Shown: one piece after another, positions 24,050 through 35,148 of the stretch
How positions within the stretch are numbered: position 1 is the first letter of the stretch
How the letters are laid out: the number at the start of each line of letters is the position of its first letter
Source: a virus
IMG/VR virus record: IMGVR_UViG_3300032236_000971
Span: 1-64,000 of that record
Strand: one strand, 5' to 3'
DNA: 64,000 bases
Position numbers and translations under genes: made by a program
Notes under the pieces: model-generated
What the model saw: only the letters and a program-made list of their open reading frames with translations
What the model was told of the DNA's origin: nothing
The model's database searches: none

Positions 24050-26512
24050 ATGAAGTTTTACACAAACGTTTATCAACGTGGTGATAGAGTATATTTGCGT
24101 GGGTATAACGAAGGTCAGCTTGTAGAGGAAATTATTCCCTACAAGCCTTATCTTTTTCTACCTAAGAAAGACGGTTTTTATCGTACGCTTGACGGTAAAG
24201 CGTGTGATAAAATGCAGTTTGAGAGCATTTCAGACGCCAAAGACTTTTGCGAAAAGTATAACGACGTTTCAAACTTCGAATACTTCGGTTTGACTCATTT
24301 TATGTACCTGTACATTTATGATAACTACCCTGGTGATATTCAATATGACCCGTCATTGGTTTCTGTAGTCAGTCTTGATATTGAGTGCGCGGCTGACGAG
24401 GGCTTCCCCGATATTCAAAAGGCAGATAAAGAGATTACAGCTATCACCATTCGCAAGAATGGTCGAAGTGTCGTATTCGGCTGCGGCGAGTTTGTAAGTG
24501 AAGATCCGTCAGTGACTTACGTCAAGTGCCCTGACGAGCAGACATTGCTATTCAAGTTTATTCAGGTTTGGAATCATCCTACTATGAAGCCAGACGTTAT
24601 GACTGGTTGGAATATCGAGTTCTTTGATATTCCTTATCTGATCAACCGTATGAAGCAGGTTATTGGAGAGCAGGAAACCAAGAAGCTTTCGCCTTGGAAG
24701 ATGCTTGACGAGCGTACTGTTGAGTTTAAAGGTAAAGAGAATCAGACATATAACATTATCGGCATCAACGTACTTGATTATTATCAGCTGTATCGTAAGT
24801 TCACGTTCGGCAATCAAGAGTCGTATAAGCTTGACTATATCTCGCAGATTGAACTTGGCGAACGTAAAATTGATTACTCTGAGTACGGCGACCTGTTGAG
24901 TTTGTATAAGAGCAACTTTCAAAAGTTCATTGAGTATAACATTCAGGATTGCGTGCTTGTTGATAGGCTAGATGAAAAGCTGAAGTTCATTGAGCAGGTC
25001 ATGGCGTTGGCGTATGACGCAAAGGTCAACTACAACGATACTATGACAACCGTTCGTCCATGGGATGTTATCATTCATAACTACCTGTTGGATCGTCGTA
25101 TTGTTATTCCTCAGTTCGAACCATCAAGGCAGCAGTTTGATCTTGTTGGCGGTCACGTTAAGGAAGTCAAGCCAGGTCTAAGCAAGTGGGTTGTTTCGTT
25201 TGACTTGAATAGTCTGTATCCGCATTTGATTATGCAGTACAACATAAGTCCAGAAACGTTTATCACTCGTTTACCTAACTTTAACTCTATTGATGAATTG
25301 CTTACTGGTGAAATGACACATAACTGTGAACACGCTATAGCGGCTAATGGATGTGTCTATCATAAAGACAAGCAAGGGTTTCTTCCTCAGCTTATGGAAA
25401 CAATGTATGATGACCGTACAAAGTATAAGAAGCTGATGATTGAAGCTAAGAAGCGATATGAACAAACTCACTCAAAAGAAGATGAGATGTTAATTGCTCG
25501 CTATCACAATATGCAGATGGCCAAAAAAATTCAGTTGAACTCAGCTTACGGCGCGATCGGTAACAGATACTTTCGTTGGTTTGACTTCAACAATGCTGAA
25601 GCTATCACTACATCTGGTCAGCTTTCTATCCGTTGGATTGAACGCAAAATGAATCAGTTTATGAACAAAATTTGTAAAACAAACGGCGTTGATTACGTTG
25701 TTGCTTCTGATACAGACTCTATCTACGTCACATTTGCTAAACTGATTCCAGAAGATGGAGACGAGCTTGAAGCTGTTAAGTTGATTGACAAGTTTTGCGA
25801 GAAAAAAATTCAACCATATATTGACAGTTGTTATGACGAGCTTGCGGGTATGATGAATGCATATCAACAGAAGATGCAAATGAAGCGTGAAACTATCGCT
25901 AACAAGGGCATCTGGAAAGCAAAGAAGATGTATATCCTCAACGCATGGAATGTTGAAGGTGTACAATATGATAAACCAAAGCTGAAAATTCAGGGTATTG
26001 AGGCTGTGCGTTCATCAACGCCTCATGTATGCCGTGAAAAGATTAAAGAAGCGTTGGCGATCATTATGAACGAGGATGAAGAAACATTACATCGGTTCAT
26101 TGAAAAGTTCCGTGAAGAGTTTCTTGAGTTACCGTTTGAACAAGTTGCGTTTCCTCGCGGAATTAAGGGTATAGATAAATATAAAGATGCCTCTGAAATC
26201 TATAAAAAAGGTACACCGATTCAGGTGAAGGGCGCTTTGCTTTTTAATAACCTATTGAAGCTTAAAAAGATAAAGTCTATACCGCCGATTGTTGATGGTG
26301 ATAAGATTAAGTTTGCTTATCTAAAAATACCTAATCCAATTCATGATACAGTTATCGCTGTACCTGATGAAATGCCGAAAGAGTTTAATCTAGATAAGTA
26401 TGTTGATCGTGAATTACAGTTTTCGAAAACATTTCTAGAGCCGATCAACTCAATCACGGAAGTTATAAATTGGCATACAGAAAAAAAATCAACACTAGAG
26501 GAGTGGTTTTAA
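24050..26512 (+). CDS. 43: Family B DNA polymerase (T4 gp43)
   Basis: Exo DIE, SFDLNSLYP, KIQLNSAYG, SDTDS motifs. Confidence 0.98.
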   Translation: MKFYTNVYQRGDRVYLRGYNEGQLVEEIIPYKPYLFLPKKDGFYRTLDGKACDKMQFESISDAKDFCEKYNDVSNFEYFGLTHFMYLYIYDNYPGDIQYDPSLVSVVSLDIECAADEGFPDIQKADKEITAITIRKNGRSVVFGCGEFVSEDPSVTYVKCPDEQTLLFKFIQVWNHPTMKPDVMTGWNIEFFDIPYLINRMKQVIGEQETKKLSPWKMLDERTVEFKGKENQTYNIIGINVLDYYQLYRKFTFGNQESYKLDYISQIELGERKIDYSEYGDLLSLYKSNFQKFIEYNIQDCVLVDRLDEKLKFIEQVMALAYDAKVNYNDTMTTVRPWDVIIHNYLLDRRIVIPQFEPSRQQFDLVGGHVKEVKPGLSKWVVSFDLNSLYPHLIMQYNISPETFITRLPNFNSIDELLTGEMTHNCEHAIAANGCVYHKDKQGFLPQLMETMYDDRTKYKKLMIEAKKRYEQTHSKEDEMLIARYHNMQMAKKIQLNSAYGAIGNRYFRWFDFNNAEAITTSGQLSIRWIERKMNQFMNKICKTNGVDYVVASDTDSIYVTFAKLIPEDGDELEAVKLIDKFCEKKIQPYIDSCYDELAGMMNAYQQKMQMKRETIANKGIWKAKKMYILNAWNVEGVQYDKPKLKIQGIEAVRSSTPHVCREKIKEALAIIMNEDEETLHRFIEKFREEFLELPFEQVAFPRGIKGIDKYKDASEIYKKGTPIQVKGALLFNNLLKLKKIKSIPPIVDGDKIKFAYLKIPNPIHDTVIAVPDEMPKEFNLDKYVDRELQFSKTFLEPINSITEVINWHTEKKSTLEEWF

Positions 26513-26811
26513 TGAGCGCAGATGATGATTTTGGTTTTAGCCTTGTTTCTGAAAAGGAACTCAAGGCGCATGAAGAAATGCTTAAGAAGAAAGTTGAGGA
26601 ACAATCAAAGGTTGTTCATGAAGCCTCAGTTCAGCTTCAACTAACCGCTGAACAAGCACAACAGAAGCTCTATGGACTACGTGATATGATTATGCCGTTG
26701 CTAAAGAACCTAGCTGCTGACCCATCTAAGGAATATATCTTATGGCCAGATAGAGCTGCTAAGATTCAGGCTTTCATCAAGAAGGTCGATGACTTTGTGG
26801 TCAGTGAATGA
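26512..26811 (+). CDS. Hypothetical protein of T4-like phages
   Basis: DDFGFS N-terminus, P.KEYILWPDR. Confidence 0.65.
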   Translation: MSADDDFGFSLVSEKELKAHEEMLKKKVEEQSKVVHEASVQLQLTAEQAQQKLYGLRDMIMPLLKNLAADPSKEYILWPDRAAKIQAFIKKVDDFVVSE

Positions 26812-27617
26812 TTAACTACCTAGCACTGCTGGCGGCGCTTGCTGTTTCAGGAGTGTCTGCTTATTACTCAATCGTTGGTTTGACAGCTATATTTGCTTCG
26901 GCATTTACAGCCGTTGTTATCATGGGTGTTGCGTTAGAAATAGGAAAGTTGATTACAGTATCATGGCTTCACCAGAATTGGAGCACTTGCCCTGGTTTGT
27001 TGAAAGCATATCTAACTTCAGCTGTTATTATTTTGATGTTCATTTCAAGTATGGGTATCTTTGGGTTTCTATCAAGAGCTCATATTGAACAAACGTTAAA
27101 TATCAACACAGGTCAGGCTGATCAGGTTCAAATACTAGATCAAAAGATAAACTACCTGAAACAATCAATTGAAGACTTAGATAAACAGATAGCTCAAATT
27201 GATGCGGCTATAACAAAAATGACTGAAAAGGGTCAAGCATCAAACTCACTACAGGCTGCAGATAAACAAAGAAAAACAAGGGACAGCCTGATTAAAAAGA
27301 AGGCAGACTATGTCAAAGATATTTCCAATGCCACAACAGAAAGAGTTGGATTACAATCAGGAATCAAAAAGCTTGAAGCCGAAGTCGGACCCCTCAAATA
27401 TATCGCGGAGCTGGTCTATTCATCCGCTGGAGCCGACCAACTTGAAAGAGCTGTTAGAATGGTCATCATTCTTCTGGTTCTTGTTTTTGATCCTCTTGCT
27501 GTTCTCCTTCTACTTGCAGCTAACCATGGGCTTGGGAGATTAAAAAGCTTGACTAAACCTGAAGAAAGTAGTATACTTAAAATTGATGATACCGTGTTAG
27601 GAGAACATAATGTCTGA
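26808..27617 (+). CDS. Membrane protein, multiple TMs with a coiled-coil insert
   Basis: Three N-terminal TMs, coiled coil, EVGPLKY, FDPLAVLLL. Confidence 0.75.
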   Translation: MINYLALLAALAVSGVSAYYSIVGLTAIFASAFTAVVIMGVALEIGKLITVSWLHQNWSTCPGLLKAYLTSAVIILMFISSMGIFGFLSRAHIEQTLNINTGQADQVQILDQKINYLKQSIEDLDKQIAQIDAAITKMTEKGQASNSLQAADKQRKTRDSLIKKKADYVKDISNATTERVGLQSGIKKLEAEVGPLKYIAELVYSSAGADQLERAVRMVIILLVLVFDPLAVLLLLAANHGLGRLKSLTKPEESSILKIDDTVLGEHNV

Positions 27618-28653
27618 TTTGAAATCTCGTTTGATTAAGAATTCCACAATTGACTTGACTGCAACTCTCGAAGATAGTAAGATATTCACTAAGAAGGATA
27701 TGATCCCAACGTCTGTACCTATGATCAACGTTGCGTTGTCTGGGTCAGTTGACGGCGGTATCACTCCTGGTTTGACTATGTTGGCTGGCCCATCAAAGCA
27801 TTTCAAGACTGGATTTGCTTTGCTCCTTGCTTCCTCGTTCCTAAAGAAGTATAAAGATGGTATTATTCTGTTTTATGATTCTGAGTTTGGTACTCCTCAG
27901 TCTTATTTTCAAACGTTTAATATTCCTTTCGATTCTGTGGTGCATACACCTATCACTGATGTTGAAGAGTTGAAGTTTGATATTATGCAGCAGATGAAGG
28001 AATTAGGTCGTGATGATCATGTTATGATTATTATTGACTCGATTGGTAACCTTGCGTCTAAGAAAGAAGTTGACGATGCTCTTGATGGTAAGAGCGTTGC
28101 TGATATGACTCGCGCCAAGCAGCTGAAGTCATTGTTCCGTATGATCACACCTCACCTTTCGCTTAAGGATATTCCTATGGCTGTGATCAATCATACATAT
28201 AAAGAAATTGGTCTATACCCCAAGGACATCGTCGGTGGTGGTACAGGATCTTATTACGGTTCAGACAACATCTGGATCCTTGGTCGCCAACAGGAGAAAG
28301 ATTCAGATGGCATTTCCGGATATCACTTCGTTATTAATGTCGAAAAGTCAAGATACGTTCGAGAAAAATCAAAGATCCCAATCACCGTCAGTTTTGAAGG
28401 TGGTATTAACAGGTGGTCTGGTCTTCTTGATGTTGCTCTTGATGGCGGTTATTTGGTCAAGCCTAAAAACGGCTGGTATGCTACCGTAGACAAGGAAACT
28501 GGTGAAGTTCGTACGCCATCATTCCGTGCTGGTGATATTGTTGATAATGGCGAATTTTGGAAGAAAATGTTTATTGAAACTGACTTCGCAAAGTTCATTG
28601 AGAACAAATATAAGATGGCTACTGGCGCTATTATGGAGAGCGATGATGACTGA
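27610..28653 (+). CDS. uvsX: UvsX RecA-like recombinase
   Basis: GPSKHFKT Walker A, FYDSEFG, IDSIGNLAS. Confidence 0.96.
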   Translation: MSDLKSRLIKNSTIDLTATLEDSKIFTKKDMIPTSVPMINVALSGSVDGGITPGLTMLAGPSKHFKTGFALLLASSFLKKYKDGIILFYDSEFGTPQSYFQTFNIPFDSVVHTPITDVEELKFDIMQQMKELGRDDHVMIIIDSIGNLASKKEVDDALDGKSVADMTRAKQLKSLFRMITPHLSLKDIPMAVINHTYKEIGLYPKDIVGGGTGSYYGSDNIWILGRQQEKDSDGISGYHFVINVEKSRYVREKSKIPITVSFEGGINRWSGLLDVALDGGYLVKPKNGWYATVDKETGEVRTPSFRAGDIVDNGEFWKKMFIETDFAKFIENKYKMATGAIMESDDD

Positions 28654-28867
28654 TGTATGGAAAAATATCTCAACATTCTGGAGTCTAGATCACACTAAGA
28701 AAGCAAGAGTTAACGTTGACGGTTCTAGGTGTTGCTACTTTGTTGATTATTTCCTTGATGAAAAGCATATCAATACTATAGCCTATCCAGGTAAAAGTTT
28801 ATACTGGGTCGAAGATTGCGCTGAAAATTATACGCTAGGTATTTTAAATGTATCAGAAACAGCCTAG
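28646..28867 (+). CDS. Hypothetical protein
   Basis: Coupled to uvsX stop. Confidence 0.5.
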   Translation: MTDVWKNISTFWSLDHTKKARVNVDGSRCCYFVDYFLDEKHINTIAYPGKSLYWVEDCAENYTLGILNVSETA

Positions 28868-28963
28868 CTCTGTAAAGTTTGATTACACAGCCCCAATAAG
28901 ACCCTCGGTGGAAATTGGTTCACCGAGGATGGCGAAATTTGCAAAAGATGTAAGGGAGAATAG

Positions 28964-30397
28964 ATGGACATGGCGATTGAAAATGCGATTCTTGGGAATC
29001 TGGTATACAATGAAGAATACGCTCGCAAATGCATACCCTTTCTCAAAGAGGAATATTTCGTATCGCAGGATCAAAAAACTGTATTCCGACTCATCAAAGA
29101 ATATGTAGACAAGTATAATGCGTTCCCTTCTAAGGAAGCTCTGGCAATTGATCTATCGAACAAAGATGGCGTCAGTGAAGAGACTTTTAAATCATCTAAG
29201 GAAATAATCGGTGGGCTTGTACACGACTCAGAAACCCAAATTGATTGGCTCTTGGACCAGACAGAAAAGTTCTGCCAAGACAAAGCAATCTATAATGCGA
29301 TCATGGCGTCAATCGGGATTCTTGATGACAGTTCTGGAAAAACCTCAAAAGGCAGTATACCGCAGATCCTTTCGGACGCACTTGCTGTATCCTTTGACAC
29401 GCATATTGGTCATGACTTCATTGAAGATGCGGAGTCACGCTATGAGTTCTACCACACCAAGGAAATTAGAGTCCCGTTTGATCTCGACTACCTCAACAAA
29501 GCCACGCAAGGCGGTTTACCGAGAAAAACCCTCAACATCGCACTGGCTGGTACTGGGGTAGGCAAGTCACTCTTTATGTGCCACTGTGCGGCGTCTAATC
29601 TACTCAATGGATTGAACGTGCTGTACATTACGATGGAAATGGCGGAAGAAAAGATAGCAGAGCGTATTGACGCCAACCTGCTTGATACTCCTATTGATCA
29701 ACTAGCGTTATTGCCCAAAGATATCTACGATAAAAAGGTTGCGCGTATTCGTGGAAAAACTCAGGGTAAGTTGATCGTCAAGGAGTACCCTACAGCATGC
29801 GCAGGGTCTGCTAACTTCCGCCATCTCCTGAATGAACTTAAGTTGAAAAAGAACTTTGTACCGGATATTATTTACATTGATTACCTAAACATCTGCAGCT
29901 CGTCGAGGATTAAGCATGGAGCCAACGTCAATTCTTATACCCTTATCAAAGCGATCGCAGAAGAACTACGAGGACTTGCCGTGGAATTCAATGTACCTGT
30001 CGTCTCTGCGACTCAAACAACTCGAAGCGGATATTCGAACAGCGACGTGGGATTGGAAGATACATCAGAATCCTTCGGACTCCCAGCCACAGCTGATTTT
30101 ATGTTTGCACTCATCGCGTCCGAAGAGCTTAATGACCTCGGTCAAATTATGGTTAAGCAGCTCAAGAATCGCTATAACGATCCAGGGATGCATACTAAGT
30201 TTTGTGTTGGTGTGGATCGCAGCAAGATGCGGCTATACGATGTAGAGCAATCAGCTCAAGATGATCTTGTAGGTACTGCTAGGAAACGTCAGGAGGATAA
30301 ATCGGTATTTGATAGTAGTAAGTTTGGTAATGAAGATACAGAACGAAACAAACCAAAGTCTAAGTTCGATAAATCAAAATTTGCGGGGTTCAAATGA
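28964..30397 (+). CDS. 41: Replicative helicase (T4 gp41)
   Basis: AGTGVGKS, YITMEM, KEYPT, IDYLNI, SATQTTR, KQLKNRY. Confidence 0.97.
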   Translation: MDMAIENAILGNLVYNEEYARKCIPFLKEEYFVSQDQKTVFRLIKEYVDKYNAFPSKEALAIDLSNKDGVSEETFKSSKEIIGGLVHDSETQIDWLLDQTEKFCQDKAIYNAIMASIGILDDSSGKTSKGSIPQILSDALAVSFDTHIGHDFIEDAESRYEFYHTKEIRVPFDLDYLNKATQGGLPRKTLNIALAGTGVGKSLFMCHCAASNLLNGLNVLYITMEMAEEKIAERIDANLLDTPIDQLALLPKDIYDKKVARIRGKTQGKLIVKEYPTACAGSANFRHLLNELKLKKNFVPDIIYIDYLNICSSSRIKHGANVNSYTLIKAIAEELRGLAVEFNVPVVSATQTTRSGYSNSDVGLEDTSESFGLPATADFMFALIASEELNDLGQIMVKQLKNRYNDPGMHTKFCVGVDRSKMRLYDVEQSAQDDLVGTARKRQEDKSVFDSSKFGNEDTERNKPKSKFDKSKFAGFK

Positions 30398-30622
30398 GCA
30401 AGCGTAAGATGGTATATAATCTGGTTGAAGGTCAAGATAAGTCTAAGTATGATGTACTAGAAGAAACAACTTCTCAGGTAATCAAGTCATTCCCTGGCGA
30501 TAGATTCTCCGAAGCACGTTCGTTTATGCGTCACTTAAACCTTGGTGGCGGGTTCGACGGCTGGACTCCTTCATTTTTATTGAAAAAAATTAAAATGCCC
30601 GCTTGAAAACTGTTGTCTCTTG

Positions 30623-30784
30623 TATAAATAATATCAGAGTGAATTATGTACGTGTCTGCGCAACACGAGAGGCAAGAATTAGTACGGTTCAGGAATAGTC
30701 GGGAATAACGGTGGGGTTCCGCCCGACCATAATTTCACTTAGGGAGTAGAGGGAGGCGGTCGTAGTGGACTGTCTCCCTTTTTT
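30623..30784 (+). ncRNA. Stand-alone late-promoter structured RNA with terminator
   Basis: TATAAATA 30623-30630; closing stem AGTGAATTATG/CATAATTTCACT; GTCGGG/CCCGAC; terminator 30750-30784. Confidence 0.55.
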
Positions 30785-30819
30785 CGTTTTATAAATAGTA
30801 TAAAAACTATCGAGGAATC

Positions 30820-31827
30820 ATGGCTCTTTCACAAGCTACCGAATACATCAAATATATCGAAAAAGAATTGAAACAAGATGTGGTTTCGATGAAGGAGAAA
30901 GATATCCTTGTACAATCAAAGAACCGTGAAGAAGCTAAGAAAAAAGTAGAGAAATGGTTAAAAACTAAAAAAGTTCCATATAAGAGTGTATTCAAAAAAT
31001 CTAAATCAAGTTCATTGGATGTATTAACAGTTTCAAATTTTGATATAGTTTTTAAACCTATCATAGCAAAAGGTCAAGGTGGTAGAGATTTCGAACATCA
31101 ATTAGAAGCAGATCTTAACAATTATTTTAATGGTGTTGATATAGATAAGCTTACTCATGGTGATGTTATTACAGCGTTAGTTAAAGAAATAAAGCTTACA
31201 CCGACTAATAATTTATCAGCTATGAATGAAGGTTCGAAAAATCAAAAACGAGCTCTAACCTTTGATGGAAATAAGATAGAAATTAGTAACTCAACTGGTA
31301 AAACATTAACAGACGTAACGATAAATTGTAAAGCTGGTCCGCCTCCATTATATCTTTCCCTTAAAATGAGTCAATCATACTATACTTTATCGGCTTCGAT
31401 TGGTGCTTATTTCGCAGATAAAAAAACAAAAGTTGCTATCAATACTTTTTTTGGATTAAATGGTCAATGGATGGGTGGTTTTGGTAAAGAATATAGATGT
31501 GTTACACCTAAACCAAATTATACAGTTGTAGCTAAAAATTTAGCTAGTGTATTATCACAAGCTGTTGGAAAAAATGTTATCCTAGTTCATAAAAAAACAA
31601 CTAATGATGTTCTAGTTAAAAAAGTAGGTAATAGCAATAAAGTAACTGTAAGTTCAATAGATCAAAAATCATATTCATATCCTATATTCGGTGTTAGAAA
31701 ATACGCTAATATTAAATTTGATGCATCAATTAATGGCGTATCTTATAAAGTAAATTTTCAATTTAGAGGGACAACAGCTGCTGACGTTGGTCCAAAGTAC
31801 CTACGAATTTTATTAGAAAGAACCTAA
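30820..31827 (+). CDS. Hypothetical protein, possible PD-(D/E)xK-like nuclease
   Basis: Late promoter 30790-30797; AT-rich; FE...TDV...YLSLK motif. Confidence 0.5.
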   Translation: MALSQATEYIKYIEKELKQDVVSMKEKDILVQSKNREEAKKKVEKWLKTKKVPYKSVFKKSKSSSLDVLTVSNFDIVFKPIIAKGQGGRDFEHQLEADLNNYFNGVDIDKLTHGDVITALVKEIKLTPTNNLSAMNEGSKNQKRALTFDGNKIEISNSTGKTLTDVTINCKAGPPPLYLSLKMSQSYYTLSASIGAYFADKKTKVAINTFFGLNGQWMGGFGKEYRCVTPKPNYTVVAKNLASVLSQAVGKNVILVHKKTTNDVLVKKVGNSNKVTVSSIDQKSYSYPIFGVRKYANIKFDASINGVSYKVNFQFRGTTAADVGPKYLRILLERT

Positions 31828-31834
31828 ATATCAT

Positions 31835-34057
31835 ATGAATAAATTTACACAATACCTAGCAGAATCATTAGACGTCGAGAAGCTCAAACACCTTGAGCAT
31901 CTTGAGGATCATCTTATTCATGGCGGTCATGAAGGCGTAGCTCATGCCTCTGAAACGCTTGCTGATGTTGTGGCTATCCTTGAAGGTAAACCAAGAAAAA
32001 GTTTCGGTCAACAAACTAGAATCACAACCAAGTATGATGGTGCTCCGTCTATTGTATTCGGCATCAATCCAGAGAACGGTAAGTTCTTCGTAGCTACTAA
32101 GTCAGCATTCAATAAGAATCCAAAGCTAAACTATACCGAAAGAGACATTGAAGAGAACCACGGGCATGCACCTGGTCTTGTTGCTAAACTAAAAGAAGCA
32201 TTGAAAGAGCTACCTAAAATTATGCCTAGTGGGGGTGGTGTGTTTCAAGGCGACGTTATGTACAGTAAGAGCGATCTTGTTAAAAACAAAAATGGTTCAT
32301 ATAGCTTTACACCTAATACGATTACATACACAACAGATAGTCCTGAACAAACACGTAGTGCTGAAGTAGCTAACTTTGGCGTTGTTGTTCACTCACGTTA
32401 CGTTGGTAAAAAGCTAGAGGATGCGAAGGTTAGCTTTGATGTTGATCAGAGTCAATTCAAGCGCAATCCTGATGTTCATATGATTAATCCAGAAATATCT
32501 GGTGCTAATATTAAGCCGATCGAAAAGAAAAAGTATGAAACTGAACTTCAGCAAGCATTAGATATCTACACTGGAATGGACGATGATATTTTTAACGTTG
32601 TAGACGGTCATGATGCTACAATGAAAACGTATATTAATACTTGCGTTAGAGACGGTTCAACGCCTAGCGCAAAAGGGTATCTTGCTTACGTAAAAGGTAG
32701 AAACGTAAAAGATATTGAAAAGCTAAAATCACCAGAAGGTAAAGCTAAAAAGAAAACAGCTGCTGATGCTATTGAATCACATATCAAAAATCATATAGAG
32801 CAGTTCGATAAATTGTTTAGAATGCATAAGTGTATTCAAAATGCTAAGAATACTCTAACAACGGCATTGTCTAACACTGTTAACACTGGACTAAAAACGA
32901 CTATCGGTGGTGAACCGACTAAGCCAGAAGGTTTTGTTGCTATTCGCGGCGGTAGACCAACTAAGTTAGTTGATCGTGCTGAATTCTCTGCTGCTAACTT
33001 TGCTGGTGGTGCATTCCAAAAGGCAGCTAAAGAAGAACAAGCTGCAGCGGAAGATCTTAATCCTGTTGTCACTTCATATGGTAGAATGAACCCACCAACG
33101 TACCACGGACATGGTGCTGTTGTAGGTAAGGTATCAGAGTTAGCCAAAGAATTAAAAGCTCCTTCGGTTATCGCTCTTTCGCGTTCTGTTGATCCAGTGA
33201 AAAATCCACTTACTCCTGAACAAAAGTTAAAGCATGCTAAACGTATGTTCCCTGGCGCAGGTATTGAACTTGCTGATCAGGACGTACCAACTATCATTCA
33301 ACATTTGAAAAAGTTAAACCAAAAAGGTCATAAGCATCTTGTCCTTGTAGTTGGTTCTGATCGTGTTGAAGAAATGAAAAAGATGCTTGAGAATACAAAT
33401 GGAAGAGATTTCCTATTTAAAAAGATCGACGTTGTATCTTCTGGCGAACGTGATACAGATGCTGATGTTGATGAAGAAGATGAAAAGCCAGCTAAGAATG
33501 AAACATCAGAACAGAAGAAAGCTCGTGAAGAAAGAAAGCGTCGTGGTATGTCGGCATCAAAGATGCGCGCTCACGCTATCAGTGGGCGTTATAGCGAGTT
33601 CAAAGCGGGTATGCATCCAGAAGCAGATGAAGAACATACTAAAGAAATGTATCAAGAAGTTCGTCAGGGCATGGATATTAAGATTGGACCAGAGACACCT
33701 ATTAGAGCTTTATTGAATCACGCCAAACGTAAAGACCCAATCGGTGTTAAGGCTCGTAAAGAAGTTGCTCGACGTGAAGCTGTGAAAGAACAAGAAGCGA
33801 GAGTTAAGCAAGCTAAGAAACCTGTAAAGAAACTAGCAGCTAAACCTATTAGGGAAAATACTGTAGCATCTGTATCTGGTTTAGGTTTTAATACTGGTAA
33901 CCCAGCAGTAGATGATGAATACTTAGGTAATTATGTTGCGCAAAATACTGCTGACTCAGATCAAAAAAATAACATCCTTCACCTATGGATGAAGGGTGCT
34001 CAACTTCATAATAAACGTATTGGATTTAAAGAATTCAACCCTAAAAACAAAAAATAA
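31835..34057 (+). CDS. DUF6267-like domain fused to a cytidylyltransferase-like (HIGH-type) domain
   Basis: KHLEHLED, TTKYDGAPS, FQGD, PEGFV; GRMNPPTYHGH, VVGSDR, MSASKMR. Confidence 0.8.
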   Translation: MNKFTQYLAESLDVEKLKHLEHLEDHLIHGGHEGVAHASETLADVVAILEGKPRKSFGQQTRITTKYDGAPSIVFGINPENGKFFVATKSAFNKNPKLNYTERDIEENHGHAPGLVAKLKEALKELPKIMPSGGGVFQGDVMYSKSDLVKNKNGSYSFTPNTITYTTDSPEQTRSAEVANFGVVVHSRYVGKKLEDAKVSFDVDQSQFKRNPDVHMINPEISGANIKPIEKKKYETELQQALDIYTGMDDDIFNVVDGHDATMKTYINTCVRDGSTPSAKGYLAYVKGRNVKDIEKLKSPEGKAKKKTAADAIESHIKNHIEQFDKLFRMHKCIQNAKNTLTTALSNTVNTGLKTTIGGEPTKPEGFVAIRGGRPTKLVDRAEFSAANFAGGAFQKAAKEEQAAAEDLNPVVTSYGRMNPPTYHGHGAVVGKVSELAKELKAPSVIALSRSVDPVKNPLTPEQKLKHAKRMFPGAGIELADQDVPTIIQHLKKLNQKGHKHLVLVVGSDRVEEMKKMLENTNGRDFLFKKIDVVSSGERDTDADVDEEDEKPAKNETSEQKKAREERKRRGMSASKMRAHAISGRYSEFKAGMHPEADEEHTKEMYQEVRQGMDIKIGPETPIRALLNHAKRKDPIGVKARKEVARREAVKEQEARVKQAKKPVKKLAAKPIRENTVASVSGLGFNTGNPAVDDEYLGNYVAQNTADSDQKNNILHLWMKGAQLHNKRIGFKEFNPKNKK

Positions 34058-34129
34058 CTAAATAACAATGTCCGCAGAAAGCTACGGCAATCCTGCAGTT
34101 GTTCTTGGTTAAGCCTAAGGGAAACACCA

Positions 34130-34810
34130 ATGTTAAAAGATACAAGTCTCCACTCTAGTCCTCAGCTAGCTCTTGTAGAGCAACAAGGGGTTGCCGTAGT
34201 TCTTACCCCTAAGCAGGTCATATCATTATACAAAAAATCACAGTATTCTGAAATCCCTTTTGATACTTTAAAAGAAGTATATCAGAGGGGATATGCGGAA
34301 AGCTTATCCGAACAAGCAGCATTCAATAGAGTCAACTCATTCATCTATGGTGGTAAAGCAGCTGAGTTAGATGAAGACTTAAATGAAAAGCGTGGATTGT
34401 GGGATAATATCTGGGCAAAACGTCGTCGTATCGCCCATGGTTCTGGCGAGCATATGCGTAAGCCAGGTTCTAAAGGTGCACCGACCGCAGACGCATTAAA
34501 AAAATCGCAATCTGAAGAATATACAGGCGCTGAAAAAGTATCAAAGAATCCAAACGATGCATCAAATCGTTTTGTTGGAACAGATTCACTAACTGATACA
34601 TACAAGAAAATGACGCCAGGTTATACAAATACAGTAAAACGAGTTGTTAAAGAAATGACAGTTCGTGGGGTTACTGGTAAACTTGTTCCAATTAAAAAAG
34701 AAGTTTCACGTGGAGTTAATATGAAACTCCATAAAACATATCCAGGCAAAAGCTCCAGCTCCGGTGGAGGAGGTGGTGGCGGTGGTTCAGGAGGAGGCGC
34801 TGGTGATTAA
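34130..34810 (+). CDS. Putative head internal protein
   Basis: LKEVYQRG..AAFNRVNSF, GLWDNIWAKRRRI; LNE/LDE protease-type sites. Confidence 0.55.
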   Translation: MLKDTSLHSSPQLALVEQQGVAVVLTPKQVISLYKKSQYSEIPFDTLKEVYQRGYAESLSEQAAFNRVNSFIYGGKAAELDEDLNEKRGLWDNIWAKRRRIAHGSGEHMRKPGSKGAPTADALKKSQSEEYTGAEKVSKNPNDASNRFVGTDSLTDTYKKMTPGYTNTVKRVVKEMTVRGVTGKLVPIKKEVSRGVNMKLHKTYPGKSSSSGGGGGGGGSGGGAGD

Positions 34811-35099
34811 GTTTAGAGATTTTATTGTCGAAGATTGGTCGGCTGCGAAGTATAAGAATCCAAATGGTGGGTTGACTCAAGCTGGTGTTAATGCATATCG
34901 CCGTGAACATCCAGGTAGTAAGTTAAAAACTGCCGTTACAACTAAGCCATCAAAACTTAAAAAAGGTTCAAAGGCAGCTAATCGCCGTAAGTCATTCTGC
35001 GCTCGTATGAGTGGTATGAAAAAGCGTTTGACATCAGCTAAAACAGCTCATGATCCAGATTCACGTATTAATAAGTCACTACGTAAGTGGCATTGCTGA
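34803..35099 (+). CDS. DUF6321-like small basic protein
   Basis: KNPNGGL...RRKSFCARMSGMK...SRINKSLRKWHC; GTG start, FRDFIVE N-terminus. Confidence 0.65.
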   Translation: MIKFRDFIVEDWSAAKYKNPNGGLTQAGVNAYRREHPGSKLKTAVTTKPSKLKKGSKAANRRKSFCARMSGMKKRLTSAKTAHDPDSRINKSLRKWHC

Positions 35100-35148
35100 A
35101 TATAAATATATCATCATTAACTATGATAAACACTGAAGGAGAAATATA

